Numbered from the stretch's first letter, positions 46,071 through 56,022 are shown. The stretch: DNA of 64,000 nt from Thermoplasmata archaeon (GCA_021798415.1 JAJZGO010000002.1:159-64158), one strand, 5' to 3'. Numbers and translations are program-made. The notes: generated by a model from the sequence alone, not told the origin.

Positions 46071-46582
46071 CCCCGGCGGGGCCGAGCGTAGGGGACCGGA
46101 CCGGCCTCGGTGGGTCGGGTGAGTCTCGGACAGTTGCAGAACGCCTCGATCCGGTGGCACCCCGGGCAGTCCGTTCGGTCGTCCACCGTCCCGAGGGTGC
46201 GGGCGCAGCTTCGACACTCGCGCGGGCGCGCGCACCGCGGGCAGAGCGCGAGGTCGAACGCGATCATCGTTCGGCAGTGGCGGCACGAGACCGGCTCGCG
46301 AAGACTGTAGCCCAGCGCCCGGGCCGCTTCGACCGGCTTCGGGGCCGGGGGCCGGCGCACTTGGACCTCGGGGTTTCCGAACGTCCCGCCGACGGTCGTT
46401 CGCTCCGGGTTCGGCTGGACGCCCCCGATCAGCACGACCAGCAGGCTGACCGGCACCAGGAGGATGCCGGCCTCCTGTTCGAGGTTGAACGTTTCGTGCC
46501 CAAAGAGGACGATCGGCGAGGAGATCAGGGCGAAGCCCACGAGGATGAGCCCCACGCCCACGAGCGCGATCGACCGGTTCAT
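46067..46582 (-). CDS. 2-TM membrane protein with multiple zinc-ribbon motifs
   Basis: CRHC, CPRC, CRSC, CPGC, CNC. Confidence 0.72.
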   Translation of the reverse strand: MNRSIALVGVGLILVGFALISSPIVLFGHETFNLEQEAGILLVPVSLLVVLIGGVQPNPERTTVGGTFGNPEVQVRRPPAPKPVEAARALGYSLREPVSCRHCRTMIAFDLALCPRCARPRECRSCARTLGTVDDRTDCPGCHRIEAFCNCPRLTRPTEAGPVPYARPRRG

Positions 46583-46698
46583 CGACGAAGTCCGGCGGCC
46601 CGGCCGCCGATCCGGGTGCAAATAGCCTCCCGCTCCCTCATAAAGGGTGGGTCGAGCGGCCCCGCGCCGCTTTTAGTCCGTCGCACGGTCGCATCCCC

Positions 46699-47169
46699 AT
46701 GGCGAACCCCACCGTCACCCTGAGGACGACCGTCGGCGACATCCGCCTCGAGCTGTTTCGCGACCGCGCCCCGAAGACCGTGGAGAACTTCCTGACCCTC
46801 GTCCGCAAGGGCTTCTACACGGGCCTCACGTTCCACCGCGTGATCCCGGGGTTCATGATCCAGGGCGGATGTCCCAAAGGCGACGGGACCGGCGGGCCGG
46901 GGTACGAGATCCCGGACGAGTTCCACCCCTCCCTGCGGCATGACGGTCCCGGCGTGATCTCGATGGCGAACGCCGGCCCGAACACGGGCGGCAGCCAGTT
47001 CTTCATCACGCTCGCCGCGACGAGCTGGCTCGACAACCACCACGCCGTCTTCGGCAAGGTCCGCGGCGGTCAGGACGTGGCGGAGAAGATCGCCGCGGTC
47101 CCGCGCGACGGGAACGACCGGCCCCGCACTCCGGTGCGGGTCGTCGAGGTCAAGGTCGCGGGCGCGTAA
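46699..47169 (+). CDS. ppiA: Cyclophilin-type peptidyl-prolyl isomerase
   Basis: FHRVIPGFMIQGG, SMANAGPNTGGSQFFI. Confidence 0.95.
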   Translation: MANPTVTLRTTVGDIRLELFRDRAPKTVENFLTLVRKGFYTGLTFHRVIPGFMIQGGCPKGDGTGGPGYEIPDEFHPSLRHDGPGVISMANAGPNTGGSQFFITLAATSWLDNHHAVFGKVRGGQDVAEKIAAVPRDGNDRPRTPVRVVEVKVAGA

Positions 47170-47185
47170 TCGCCGTCGGTCGCCC

Positions 47186-47677
47186 TTACGCCGGGTAGTC
47201 GTAGGGGAGCCGCTCGCCCGGCGAGCGGGCGTCCTCGACCGTCGTGACGATCCCCGAGACGAGCGCGAGCGCGGGCACGAGGAGGACGAGGTCGAGGAAG
47301 GTCGCGTAGCCGACCGAGATCGCGAGCGAGTGGCTCGGGGCGGCCAGGCGGTACGGCGAGGCGAGCCGGAGGACGAGAAGGTAGGCGATCGTCACGGCGG
47401 ACGTTGCGACCGAGAGGGGGCCGTACGCCCGTGTGGGACGGGCGATGGCGCGCACGGTCGACAGCACCGCGATCGCGACCCCGGCGGCGACCACGGTGGG
47501 GATCGGGACCGGCAGCGAGATCCCGAGGGAGTCGAGGTACGCGAGGGACGCGGCGGGCACTCCGACCAGCGCGATGAGCAACAGGACCAGACGGGCGGCT
47601 CCGGCGAGGATGCGGTAGCCGAGCGACGGGATCCGGTGGTACGACGGGAGGAACCCCGCGGGAACGGCGACGCTCAT
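47186..47677 (-). CDS. 4-TM hypothetical membrane protein
   Basis: Hydrophobic segments; ATGA overlap with the upstream gene. Confidence 0.65.
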   Translation of the reverse strand: MSVAVPAGFLPSYHRIPSLGYRILAGAARLVLLLIALVGVPAASLAYLDSLGISLPVPIPTVVAAGVAIAVLSTVRAIARPTRAYGPLSVATSAVTIAYLLVLRLASPYRLAAPSHSLAISVGYATFLDLVLLVPALALVSGIVTTVEDARSPGERLPYDYPA

Positions 47678-48498
47678 GGGATCGCCTGCGGAGGAAGGAC
47701 GATCGTGCCCGCCGGCCCCGAGAACGTCACTACCGCGGTCCCCCCCGACACGGAGCACCCGCTCGACAAGAGGACGGGCTGAGTGGAGTAGTAGTACGCC
47801 CCGGGCACGACGTCCAGGGGGAACGAGGCCGACCCGCACGTCGCACCTCCCGCATCGCGCACGACGAGCGAGAGGGTCCCGACTTCCGCGAACGAGGCGT
47901 GGTTCGTGAAGCTGACGGTGACCGGCACGCTCACCGACCCGTTGACCAGGGTCGGCGTGCCGACCCCCACCCGCAGGTTCGAGAACGGGGCGCCCCACGA
48001 GCGGTTCTCCTCCGCATGCACCGAGATCGGGAACAGGTAGGCGTACGTCGCGTTCCCCCAGACCCCGACGACCAGGTACTGGTCGCTCACCAGGAGCGAC
48101 TCGGCGGGGCCGCCCGACGTGATCGGCAGGTAGAGCGCGACCGGCACCGTCGTCACTCCTCCCGGGACGAGGTCGACCGAAGCGGTCGTTACGGTCCCGA
48201 GATAGGCTCCCGAACCGTTGGAGATCCGCAGGCTCATGGAGAAGCCTCCGACCGGGTAGAATCCGGGGTTCGACACGCTGACCGCCCCGGTGACCGCCAT
48301 GGTGCCGTTCGCCGCGAGCCCGGCGGAGAACCCTCCCGTCTGAGGGCTCTGGCGCACGAGCTCGGATGCGGAGTACGCTACGGTCCCCAAAAAGACCAAA
48401 AGGAGGACGAGCACAACGGCCGACAGCCGGGCGAATGCGCGGGCCGTGCGGTACAGACGCGGCGGGCGCCGAGGCGGGAGGGCAGCGAACGACACCAT
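47674..48498 (-). CDS. Membrane-anchored protein with LEA-2/Ig-like domains
   Basis: N-terminal TM; VSVSNPGFYPV; beta-rich with sequons. Confidence 0.65.
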   Translation of the reverse strand: MVSFAALPPRRPPRLYRTARAFARLSAVVLVLLLVFLGTVAYSASELVRQSPQTGGFSAGLAANGTMAVTGAVSVSNPGFYPVGGFSMSLRISNGSGAYLGTVTTASVDLVPGGVTTVPVALYLPITSGGPAESLLVSDQYLVVGVWGNATYAYLFPISVHAEENRSWGAPFSNLRVGVGTPTLVNGSVSVPVTVSFTNHASFAEVGTLSLVVRDAGGATCGSASFPLDVVPGAYYYSTQPVLLSSGCSVSGGTAVVTFSGPAGTIVLPPQAIP

Positions 48499-48636
48499 GA
48501 GAGTGCCGTCTCTAGGAACGCGCGGGCGCACCTTGAAAAGCTGTCGGTCCGGGCGATTCTCGCAAAGGACGGCGACGACCGGAGGCGCGCCGAGACGACG
48601 CCCCGTCCGTGTCCATCGATGCCCTCGGACCGGCCC

Positions 48637-48960
48637 CTAGTTCCTAGGGAAGTGGGGGACCGCCCGGAAGTTGCCCTCGGAACCCTCGAAGCGGCCGATC
48701 CGCCAGCCCCACGGTTGCGCCTTAGGGGTCCCAGAAAGGGAACGTCCTCGTTCGTGAGCTCCGAGCATTCCCGGCCCGTGTCGTCCACGAAGTAGGCAAC
48801 GTAGGCTCGGCGGGTCGTCCCCTCCCCCCGTCGAAGCCGGGAGGGTCACCACCCGAAGTGGCCCGCCACTGGAGGGTTTTGTCGTTCGGTTCGAATCCCT
48901 TGGCGCCGCGGAAGACCCGGTCGAGGTAATCCACCCTTAGGGAACGGAGGGTTTCCGAAG
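48637..48960 (-). pseudogene. VOC/glyoxalase pseudogene spread over three frames
   Basis: LRVDYLDR...GFEP / AYFVDDTGRECSELTNEDVPF / PKAQPWGWRIGRFEGSEGNF; resembles the intact VOC at 56625. Confidence 0.65.
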
Positions 48961-49053
48961 CTGGGTCGGCGCAGCCCGCTCGGCCGCCCGACGCGTTCCT
49001 CCCCGCCCTTTCATCTCCCGAACGCCATTTGCGCTCCCGAGATCAGCCGGACC

Positions 49054-49932
49054 CTAGAAAGTTCCCGCGTCCCGGGCCGAGTAGCATGACGGGTAGAGCG
49101 GTAGGAAACCCAATTCCTCACGGGCCCGACGCGTGTCCAGCAGACCCTCCCAGGGATCCCAGGGCAGGTCGAATCTATCGGGGGTCGGCTCCGGAGCTTG
49201 GGCAAGTCTCGTCAACTCAAGGAGTGTGATGGGAGCGTCGTCAGCGATGTTGTAGACACCCCCGGCACGGGGCTCCCGATAGAGTGCCCGAATCACGGCT
49301 TGGCCTACATCGGCATGGTGAACGGAGTGCATTCGCCGCGCCGGATTCCATCGGGCCACGTGAGGTATCATCTCCCAAACGTGCCGGTCGCCCTCACCGT
49401 ACACGAACCCGAGGCGGAGGACGTAGACTCCCACGCCCTGGTCACGACCCAAGTCCGTCAACTTCGCCTCGGCCTCCACTTTCGAGGCGGGATAAGGATG
49501 GGAGGGAGGCTCCGGACCCGGGGAATCGCCTTCTCGGGCCGGACGCTTCAGTCCGGGCGGATAGACGTTGCTGGTACTGGCGAAGATGATCTTCTCGACT
49601 CCCGCCTGTTGGGCAGCTGCCGCCAAACGCTCGGTACCCACCACGTTCACCTCACGTGCCTGCTCGGGCGTAGCGCCCCGGAAGAACGCGGCGAGATGAA
49701 CCACGGTTTTCACCCCGTTCAAGGCCGGGCCCAGGGACTCCGCCCGGAGCAAGTCCCCCTCCGCGATTTCCGTTCCCAGGGCTCGAAGTTCCTGGACCCT
49801 GGGTCCGGGTCGGATGAGGGCCCGGACAGGAAGACCGTGGTTCAGGAGTCGAGGAACCAGGTGCGAGCCGACTTTACCGGTGGCTCCCGTGACGAGAATC
49901 GGGTCCGACCGATCCAATGCACGGCTAATCAT
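49054..49932 (-). CDS. NAD-dependent epimerase/dehydratase (extended SDR)
   Basis: TGATGKVG, VHLAA, YPASK. Confidence 0.9.
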   Translation of the reverse strand: MISRALDRSDPILVTGATGKVGSHLVPRLLNHGLPVRALIRPGPRVQELRALGTEIAEGDLLRAESLGPALNGVKTVVHLAAFFRGATPEQAREVNVVGTERLAAAAQQAGVEKIIFASTSNVYPPGLKRPAREGDSPGPEPPSHPYPASKVEAEAKLTDLGRDQGVGVYVLRLGFVYGEGDRHVWEMIPHVARWNPARRMHSVHHADVGQAVIRALYREPRAGGVYNIADDAPITLLELTRLAQAPEPTPDRFDLPWDPWEGLLDTRRAREELGFLPLYPSCYSARDAGTF

Positions 49933-49945
49933 TAGCCAGCTAATG
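49923..49945. promoter_or_regulatory. Overlapping palindromes, probable MarR operator
   Basis: GGCTAAT-C-ATTAGCC (49923-37) and CATTAGC-CA-GCTAATG (49930-45), both perfect, over the SDR start. Confidence 0.7.
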
Positions 49946-49976
49946 TTAGGGATGGATTTAAGGATTCGTGCGGTAG

Positions 49977-50444
49977 GTGGTGAGCGGGACTCTCGTGGCG
50001 CCTCCGGATTTCTGGGACGATTTCGTCCGCGTGGCGAAGCTGTCCCGGTCCGCCGTGGACGAGATCATGAAACAATACGGAGGTCGTGGCGGGCAGAACC
50101 GCGTCCTCTGGGCCCTGTACGCGGAAGATGGGCTCACGCCCGTCGAGATCGCGCGGAAGCTAGGGGTCGCGGCTCCTACCGTCGTGAAGATGTCGTCCCA
50201 CATGGTAGCCTCGGGGCTCATCACGAGACGAAGGGACTCGGTCGACCGACGCCGCGTACACCTCTATTTGACCGATCGAGGTCGCGCGGTCAAGCGACCC
50301 ATCGAGGATGCGACACGACAGTTCAGGCGCGCGACCAGCGCCGGATTGACGGCCGAGGAACGTAAGGTCATGTCGACCGCCCTCGCGAAGATCGTCCGAA
50401 ACCTGGAACGATCCACCCGAACGGCCCCATCGGACGAACCTTGA
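49977..50444 (+). CDS. MarR family regulator
   Basis: GLTPVEIARKLGV...DRRRVHLYLTDRG. Confidence 0.9.
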   Translation: MVSGTLVAPPDFWDDFVRVAKLSRSAVDEIMKQYGGRGGQNRVLWALYAEDGLTPVEIARKLGVAAPTVVKMSSHMVASGLITRRRDSVDRRRVHLYLTDRGRAVKRPIEDATRQFRRATSAGLTAEERKVMSTALAKIVRNLERSTRTAPSDEP

Positions 50445-50530
50445 ATGACGTCGCAGGACCATCGTTCTGTCGCGCGACGGCCGGCTCGCAGCCCCATGGC
50501 CGATGCGGGTGAGGCTCCGTCGATTCCCGA

Positions 50531-50603
50531 AGCCACTGGAGGGACTTGAACCCCCGACCTGCTGATTACGAATCAGCCGCTCTGCCGGCTGAGCTACAGT
50601 GGC
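50531..50603 (-). tRNA. tRNA-Thr(CGT)
   Basis: GCCACTGTAGCTCAGCCGGCAGAGCGGCTGATT-CGT-AATCAGCAGGTCGGGGGTTCAAGTCCCTCCAGTGGCT; no encoded CCA, no intron. Confidence 0.96.
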
Positions 50604-50642
50604 AACCGTCAGGGTCCTTGCCCGAGTTTTCATAAGCTTGGC

Positions 50643-50850
50643 TCACGCCCCGGCCGTCAGAGCCTCGGCCGTCGCGGATTCGAATCTGCCGACCGTGGCG
50701 TACCCCTGGGCCCCGTCCCAGCCGACGTAGCGTGCGGCCCTGTCGACCGATTCGTGCCCGGAGAGGTGCTTGAGGTCGACCCGGCTCGCACCGGCGTAGT
50801 AGGCGCTCCGACCTAAACTTCGTCTCAGGTCGGTGCCGACCGGGAGGGAG
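50643..50850 (-). pseudogene. Tyrosine recombinase/integrase C-terminal remnant
   Basis: (T)DLRRSLGR...DLKHLSGHESVDRAARYVG matches the HxLRR, LGH and catalytic Y boxes. Confidence 0.72.
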
Positions 50851-50866
50851 GCACTGACTACGCATC

Positions 50867-51622
50867 CTACCCCTTCCCGACTTTGACCCCGACGAGCAGC
50901 CCGCGACCGGGCATCAACCCGCGGGACAGGAAGTGCGGTCGGAGCCCGGCGGACCGCATACACTGAAGGAGCTCGTAGCGTGTGAGCAGCAATCCGACAT
51001 CGGTCGCACGGTAGTAACGGACCCCTTGACCGGGCCTCCCGATGAGGAAGTGCCACTGGATCGTCGAACGATTCCCCCGCCGGATCGAGTACGCCATTCG
51101 GACCGCAGTCAAGTCGGGCGACTCGGTCTTCCGAAGATGGACTGTGCCAGGGTGAAACGCCGAGGGGTCGAACCATGGTTCCACGATCGCGACTCCGCCA
51201 GGGTCCAGGTGGCGCGCGAAATTGGCGAAGGTTCTTCGCACGTCTTCCTTCGTGCCGAGGTGACCGATCGCGCTGAAGAGACAGCTCACGACGTCAAATC
51301 GACGCCCGAGGCGAAAAGAACGCATATCGCCGCGGACCAGCCGAACTCCGGGCAAACGGCTCCGCGCTGGCCGGAGCATCTCCCGGCTCCCGTCCACGCC
51401 AACGACGGCGTGTCTCCGCCGCAGGAACTCGAGGTGCCGCCCGGTACCGCACGCGACATCGAGCCAAGTCGTCTTTCCCTTGCGTCCAAAGCGGCGAGCG
51501 ATGGCCTCGAGACGGCGGGATTCGCCCTGGTAGTCCTTCCAATCGTTGAGGGCGTCGTAGTACTTGGCCAGTTCGTGGAACTGGGACAGCGACACCGAGG
51601 TCCCGCTACCCCCTCTCCCCAT
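50867..51622 (-). CDS. Class I SAM methyltransferase (TylM1/DesVI-like)
   Basis: LDVACGTGRH, GDMRSF, CLFSAIGH, VEPW. Confidence 0.88.
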   Translation of the reverse strand: MGRGGSGTSVSLSQFHELAKYYDALNDWKDYQGESRRLEAIARRFGRKGKTTWLDVACGTGRHLEFLRRRHAVVGVDGSREMLRPARSRLPGVRLVRGDMRSFRLGRRFDVVSCLFSAIGHLGTKEDVRRTFANFARHLDPGGVAIVEPWFDPSAFHPGTVHLRKTESPDLTAVRMAYSIRRGNRSTIQWHFLIGRPGQGVRYYRATDVGLLLTRYELLQCMRSAGLRPHFLSRGLMPGRGLLVGVKVGKG

Positions 51623-51978
51623 GCTCGCTTCGACGAGCGCATGGTATTTGATAGGCTCCACCTTCCCCGCCCCCTCGAGCCTCTGAAACCGTCGCGAGCG
51701 TTCGGGGGTCGAACGCGAGGAGCGCACGGAAGGGGCCGCGGACAGCCCCGGCCAGGGACATAGTGGCGCACCCACGCACTCCGGACGGACGGGGACTTCG
51801 TTCCCGCCCGTAGGGCCCGCGTGGCGACCGGCATCAACCGTAGGGGCGGGAAAAAGGGGCTCGGTTTCCTCAACCCACCAGCGGGACCGGACGATTGCTC
51901 CCGGCCCGCTTTGTGACTCCAGGCACCGGGTTCCGTTTCCGGACGCGTTCTAGCGAACGGCCCCCCGGGAGGCCCAGT

Positions 51979-52368
51979 TCAACCGACACCGATCTGTTTG
52001 CGAAGAGAGTCGGTCTCAAAGTAGACGTGGGCGGTTCGGATCTTCCCCTGCCGGAGCTCGTACGCGACACAGAGCGGCACGCGTACCGACTTCCCGCTGG
52101 CCTTGAGGTCGCCGAAATCGCCCACATGGCGCCCCACGAAGTCCGCCTCCAGGATCGCTCTGTCTCCCTCGATCACGAGGTTCTTCGCCTCCGCCGTCGC
52201 CTGAAACGCGCGGTGGTAGAAGAACTCGAGCAGCCCCTCGATCTCAACTCGTCCCCGGGCCCGCTGGCCCGTGCCCATTACCGTGAACTCGGCATCGGGC
52301 GCGACCGCCCCGGGGTCGTGACCGTTCAAGTATCTCTCCATAACCTCCTTGGTCTCCTGCGATCCCAT
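51979..52368 (-). CDS. SnoaL-like ester cyclase family protein
   Basis: GRHVGDFGDLKASGKSVRVP..VAYEL..GKI. Confidence 0.82.
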   Translation of the reverse strand: MGSQETKEVMERYLNGHDPGAVAPDAEFTVMGTGQRARGRVEIEGLLEFFYHRAFQATAEAKNLVIEGDRAILEADFVGRHVGDFGDLKASGKSVRVPLCVAYELRQGKIRTAHVYFETDSLRKQIGVG

Positions 52369-52490
52369 TTCCCTGCTCCCAGCGCCTCGGGCGCCGGAGC
52401 TCCGCACGGAGCCCCGGAAGAAGAACCGCGTGCTCGTGATACACGGCAAATCGGACACGGCTCCCCCACGGGCCCATTCGCGGTGGACCC

Positions 52491-53657
52491 TCACCGCCGC
52501 CGGTCGTTCGAAGAGGTACCGTCGCCGCTGATCGCTTCGAGGCGCGCGTCGAACCATGCCCCGTACGAGCGGGCTCTCAGGGGGTAATCCGGTGAGACCC
52601 TACGAACGTGGGGGATCGCGAGCACCCGGGCGATGGCCTGCTGGACGGCCGCCGCGGACTCTACCGGAATGCGGACCACCACGAGGTTCCCGAGCTGTTC
52701 GTGCCGACCCCCGTAGACGGCGGGGTCGGTGTCGAGGGGTAGGAGGTCAGGATGCAGCAGCTCGACCGAATGTTCCACTTCCGACCGAGCGCTGGCCGAA
52801 TCGCACGTGATGTGCAACACGATGCTCGGGGACCGCGACCAATCTATGTTGGGGATATACAAGATGGCCCGACCCTCGACCAAGGCGTCCCAGTGCCGGC
52901 GCACTCGTCGTTCGGGCTGGCCGATGGTCGTCGCGAGCTTCCGGACCGAGTGGCTGGGGGAGCGTCGGGCTGCGAGGATGATCCGCCAATCCAAGCGGTC
53001 CGCTCCGATCGTGGATGTCGGCGGACGCATCACGAACGGTCCCCGCACCTCGCGATCCGGTGATAATCGACGGAGGCTCTCGATACGGCGGTCCCGGCGG
53101 GGCCTCGGGTGCTCATCGACGCACAGGATCGAGACCGAGGTCCCGGGGTGGGGCGACCGTTCGTCTCCGTAGCCCGTGTACGCGCGAAGGGCTCCCTCCA
53201 ATGCGCCCACCCTCCCCAGCACCTCGTCGGCGTCCTGCGTCTCCGTGAGCAGCAGTTCAAATCGGGCCACGCCCACACCGAACAATCTCGGATTGGGCCA
53301 GACGTCGACCCCATGCCAGAAGCCTTCTTCGCGCCAACGGCGAAGGCGAAGCCGGGCCGCGTTGCGACCGAGGCCGACGGACCGGGCGATCTCCTGGACG
53401 GTGACGCGGGGATCGATCCCCCACACCGACCACCTTCGATCGGGGTACATCGCCCGGAGCATCGAGAGGTCGAGGTTGTCCACGAAAGGGGGGAAGGGCG
53501 CTTCGGCAAAAGGACCACGCGATACCGTCCGGGGCCTTCCGAGAAGCCTGGGATTCTCCTTTCGACGAGGCGCCCGGTGGGCGGTCGGGGCCGCGCGCGC
53601 CACCTTGACCGGACGGCTCCGACGTCCCCTCTCCGAGGACTTTCGACGCACATCCAC
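52491..53657 (-). CDS. Large tandem Lrp/AsnC-like wHTH regulator
   Basis: DPRVTVQEIARSVGLGRNAARLRL and DRLDWRIILAARRSPSHSVRKLA. Confidence 0.75.
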   Translation of the reverse strand: MDVRRKSSERGRRSRPVKVARAAPTAHRAPRRKENPRLLGRPRTVSRGPFAEAPFPPFVDNLDLSMLRAMYPDRRWSVWGIDPRVTVQEIARSVGLGRNAARLRLRRWREEGFWHGVDVWPNPRLFGVGVARFELLLTETQDADEVLGRVGALEGALRAYTGYGDERSPHPGTSVSILCVDEHPRPRRDRRIESLRRLSPDREVRGPFVMRPPTSTIGADRLDWRIILAARRSPSHSVRKLATTIGQPERRVRRHWDALVEGRAILYIPNIDWSRSPSIVLHITCDSASARSEVEHSVELLHPDLLPLDTDPAVYGGRHEQLGNLVVVRIPVESAAAVQQAIARVLAIPHVRRVSPDYPLRARSYGAWFDARLEAISGDGTSSNDRRR

Positions 53658-53708
53658 CGTTCACTCTTTGACGGTACACGGACCCGGGGGTCGCGTCGTA
53701 AGTGCTAC
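53644..53708 (+). repeat. 65-bp direct repeat, copy A
   Basis: 56/65 identical to 59023-59087. Confidence 0.85.
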
Positions 53709-53738
53709 TAAGGTTCCGAGCAATGGGTACGAAGGTCG

Positions 53739-54989
53739 ATGACCTCGGCTCCGATTCGAATCTCCCTTCAAGCGGCTCGGCGGCTCGCCGTCACCAAGCA
53801 GCACCTCGCCGGCAAGCGTCCCGGGCGGGCCACGGCCGAGCGGATTGTGGAGACCGTTCGCGACTTGCCGTACGTCCAGTGGGATCCGGTCAGCGTCGTG
53901 GCCCCCTCCCACATCCTCTCGCTATGGGCGCGAGTCGGGTCGTTCCGGCTTGCCGAACTGGACCGGCTGTTATGGACCGAGAGGCGCCTCCTCCAGCACT
54001 GGATCCCCTTCGCCAGCGTCGTAGCGACCGAAGACTACCCCGTCTACTCCTCCCTCATGCGGAGGTATCCCGAGTCCCTCTCCGACTCTTGGGGAGCCCA
54101 ACGCGTCCGCGCCCGAGCGTTCCTCGCAAAGCACGCGGAACTTCGACGGAGGGTTCTCGCGGACCTGCAAGGCGGTCCGATGCAGTTGACCCAGTTCAGC
54201 GACCACGCACGGACCAAGAGGGTCGCCGGGGACTGGGAGCCTTCGAGCGCGGTCTCCGAGATGCTCTGGCACCTCCTCATGTCGGGCGAGGTGATGGTAG
54301 TCGGGCACGCTGGTAACCAGAATCTGTGGGGGCTGCCCGACGCCTTCCTCCCGTCATGGGTCAACCGCGAGGTGCTCTCCGAGGAGGAGGCCGATTTGGA
54401 GGCGGCCCAGCGGGCCCTGAGAGGGCTTGGAGTGTCGACGGCGAAGGAGATCCACTACTACTTCATCCGGGGCTGCTACCGGGATATTCGATCGACCCTG
54501 GAGACTCTCGTGGCCGACTCCCGAGTCCACCGCGTGGGGATCGAGGGGCTGGCCGACCGTGACGAGCGCTTTGTCCACGCGGACGACGTGGCCCTGCTCG
54601 ATGACCTGACCCGAGGCAAGTTCTCGCCGCGGATCGCGGTCCTTCCCCCCTTCGACAACATGATCTACAACCAGGCTCGGGGCAGACGGTTGTTCACCTT
54701 CGACTACGTCCGCGAGCAGTTTCTCCCGAAGGCAAGGCGGCGGTTCGGAATGTGGGTGCTTCCCATCCTACGGGGAGAGCGGTTGATCGGGCGCATGGAC
54801 GCCCGCTTGGACAAGCCGGCGCGACGGTTACGGGTCAACGCGCTGTTCGCGGAGCCGGGCGCACCGACGGCCCCGGCCGTCGCCACCGCGATTCGAGAGG
54901 AGCTGGATCGCCTCGCCGCGTTCCTTGGAGCGGACTCGGTGGCATTTGCATCAAAAGTGCCGTCGATCTGGAAGAGGGGCCTCGTCTAG
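53739..54989 (+). CDS. YcaQ/AlkZ-family (HTH_42) crosslink-repair DNA glycosylase
   Basis: VQWDPVSVVAPSH (QxD), PPFDN, RRFGMWVLPIL, GRMD. Confidence 0.87.
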   Translation: MTSAPIRISLQAARRLAVTKQHLAGKRPGRATAERIVETVRDLPYVQWDPVSVVAPSHILSLWARVGSFRLAELDRLLWTERRLLQHWIPFASVVATEDYPVYSSLMRRYPESLSDSWGAQRVRARAFLAKHAELRRRVLADLQGGPMQLTQFSDHARTKRVAGDWEPSSAVSEMLWHLLMSGEVMVVGHAGNQNLWGLPDAFLPSWVNREVLSEEEADLEAAQRALRGLGVSTAKEIHYYFIRGCYRDIRSTLETLVADSRVHRVGIEGLADRDERFVHADDVALLDDLTRGKFSPRIAVLPPFDNMIYNQARGRRLFTFDYVREQFLPKARRRFGMWVLPILRGERLIGRMDARLDKPARRLRVNALFAEPGAPTAPAVATAIREELDRLAAFLGADSVAFASKVPSIWKRGLV

Positions 54990-55330
54990 ATGCTCCCAAC
55001 TCGGAGTCGCGGGTAGGTTGTCACTACGTCCGATCTCCCGCGAGCCGGCGAGCACGCCGGGGGCATCCCCCGTCGCCCACCGGCCCGGTTCGTTCGGTGT
55101 TTCCCGCCGCAGCGGCCACTAGGGCCACTCATCCAGCGGATAGGCTAGCTAGGTAGGGGGCACATCGGGATGCCCGCACCGGTCGCCCAGGTGTTGTCAC
55201 GACGGCGTTCTCGTAGCTCCTCACGCACGATAGGAACAGGTTACTCGGACCGAGCGTGGAACCATCCCCCGCGAAGGAAGTCGGCGGGTCCGACGCACCG
55301 CGTGCATGGCGGCCTTCTGACTGAGATGGG

Positions 55331-55756
55331 TCAAGCGGAATCTACTCGCAAGCCCTTTCCTCGGCCCCGGCGCCGTGGAGCCGAGCTCGACCGGCCGCTA
55401 CCGTCGGGGTAGACCGCCAGAAAGACAGTCGCGCGACGAGATCTCCTCGGCCACCGATAGGCTCTGCACTTCGCCCGGGCCGGCAGAACGAGCACATCAC
55501 CAACCCCGAGTACTTGCGACCGTTGGCGCTTCTCGAGGAACTCGACGCGGAGCCGGCCCTGAACCACGACCAAAAGATCGACTCGGGGTGATTCGAACCA
55601 GTTAGGGTCGAGCGCCTCCCGCTGCTTTCGGACCCAAACGACCTCGAACCCTGAGCCGTGATAGACGGTACCTACTTCCCCCGTCGGCCCCGTTCGAAGC
55701 CCGCTCCCGTCCTTTTTCAGCGTGCGAATCACGCGAGGACGAACCTTCCCGCCCAT
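55331..55756 (-). CDS. Cupin-domain protein
   Basis: LLVVVQGRLRVEF...LGVGDVLVLP. Confidence 0.6.
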   Translation of the reverse strand: MGGKVRPRVIRTLKKDGSGLRTGPTGEVGTVYHGSGFEVVWVRKQREALDPNWFESPRVDLLVVVQGRLRVEFLEKRQRSQVLGVGDVLVLPARAKCRAYRWPRRSRRATVFLAVYPDGSGRSSSAPRRRGRGKGLRVDSA

Positions 55757-56022
55757 ATCCGGTGTAGCTGCGGACGCCACGGGACCCGCCTCTCAGTGAA
55801 AGGGTTTGTGGAAAGCCGGACGGGGTCCTGAGGTCATGCAGTGTTGGGAGCACAGGGCGATGTGCGCCCACGTTCGAGTCAAGCGATAGGTAGCCACCAC
55901 TACGGTGGATCTGCTGACGGAGAACGGGCCCAGGGGGTGCGAGCGATACGCCGAGATCGTCCCGGCGGAGGTATATCGGCGAAGGACCGCCTCGCGGTTG
56001 GGATCGATCGAGGACGCCCGAA

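Noticed and set aside
48540-49010. Possible SRP or RNase P RNA, or a tRNA fragment (GGTTCGAATCC at about 48888)
   Set aside because: No SRP helix-8 or RNase P P4 signature and no cloverleaf; a VOC pseudogene explains the region
51815-51870. Short similarity (GGCATCAACC) to the methyltransferase 3' end at about 50910
   Set aside because: Too short to distinguish from chance
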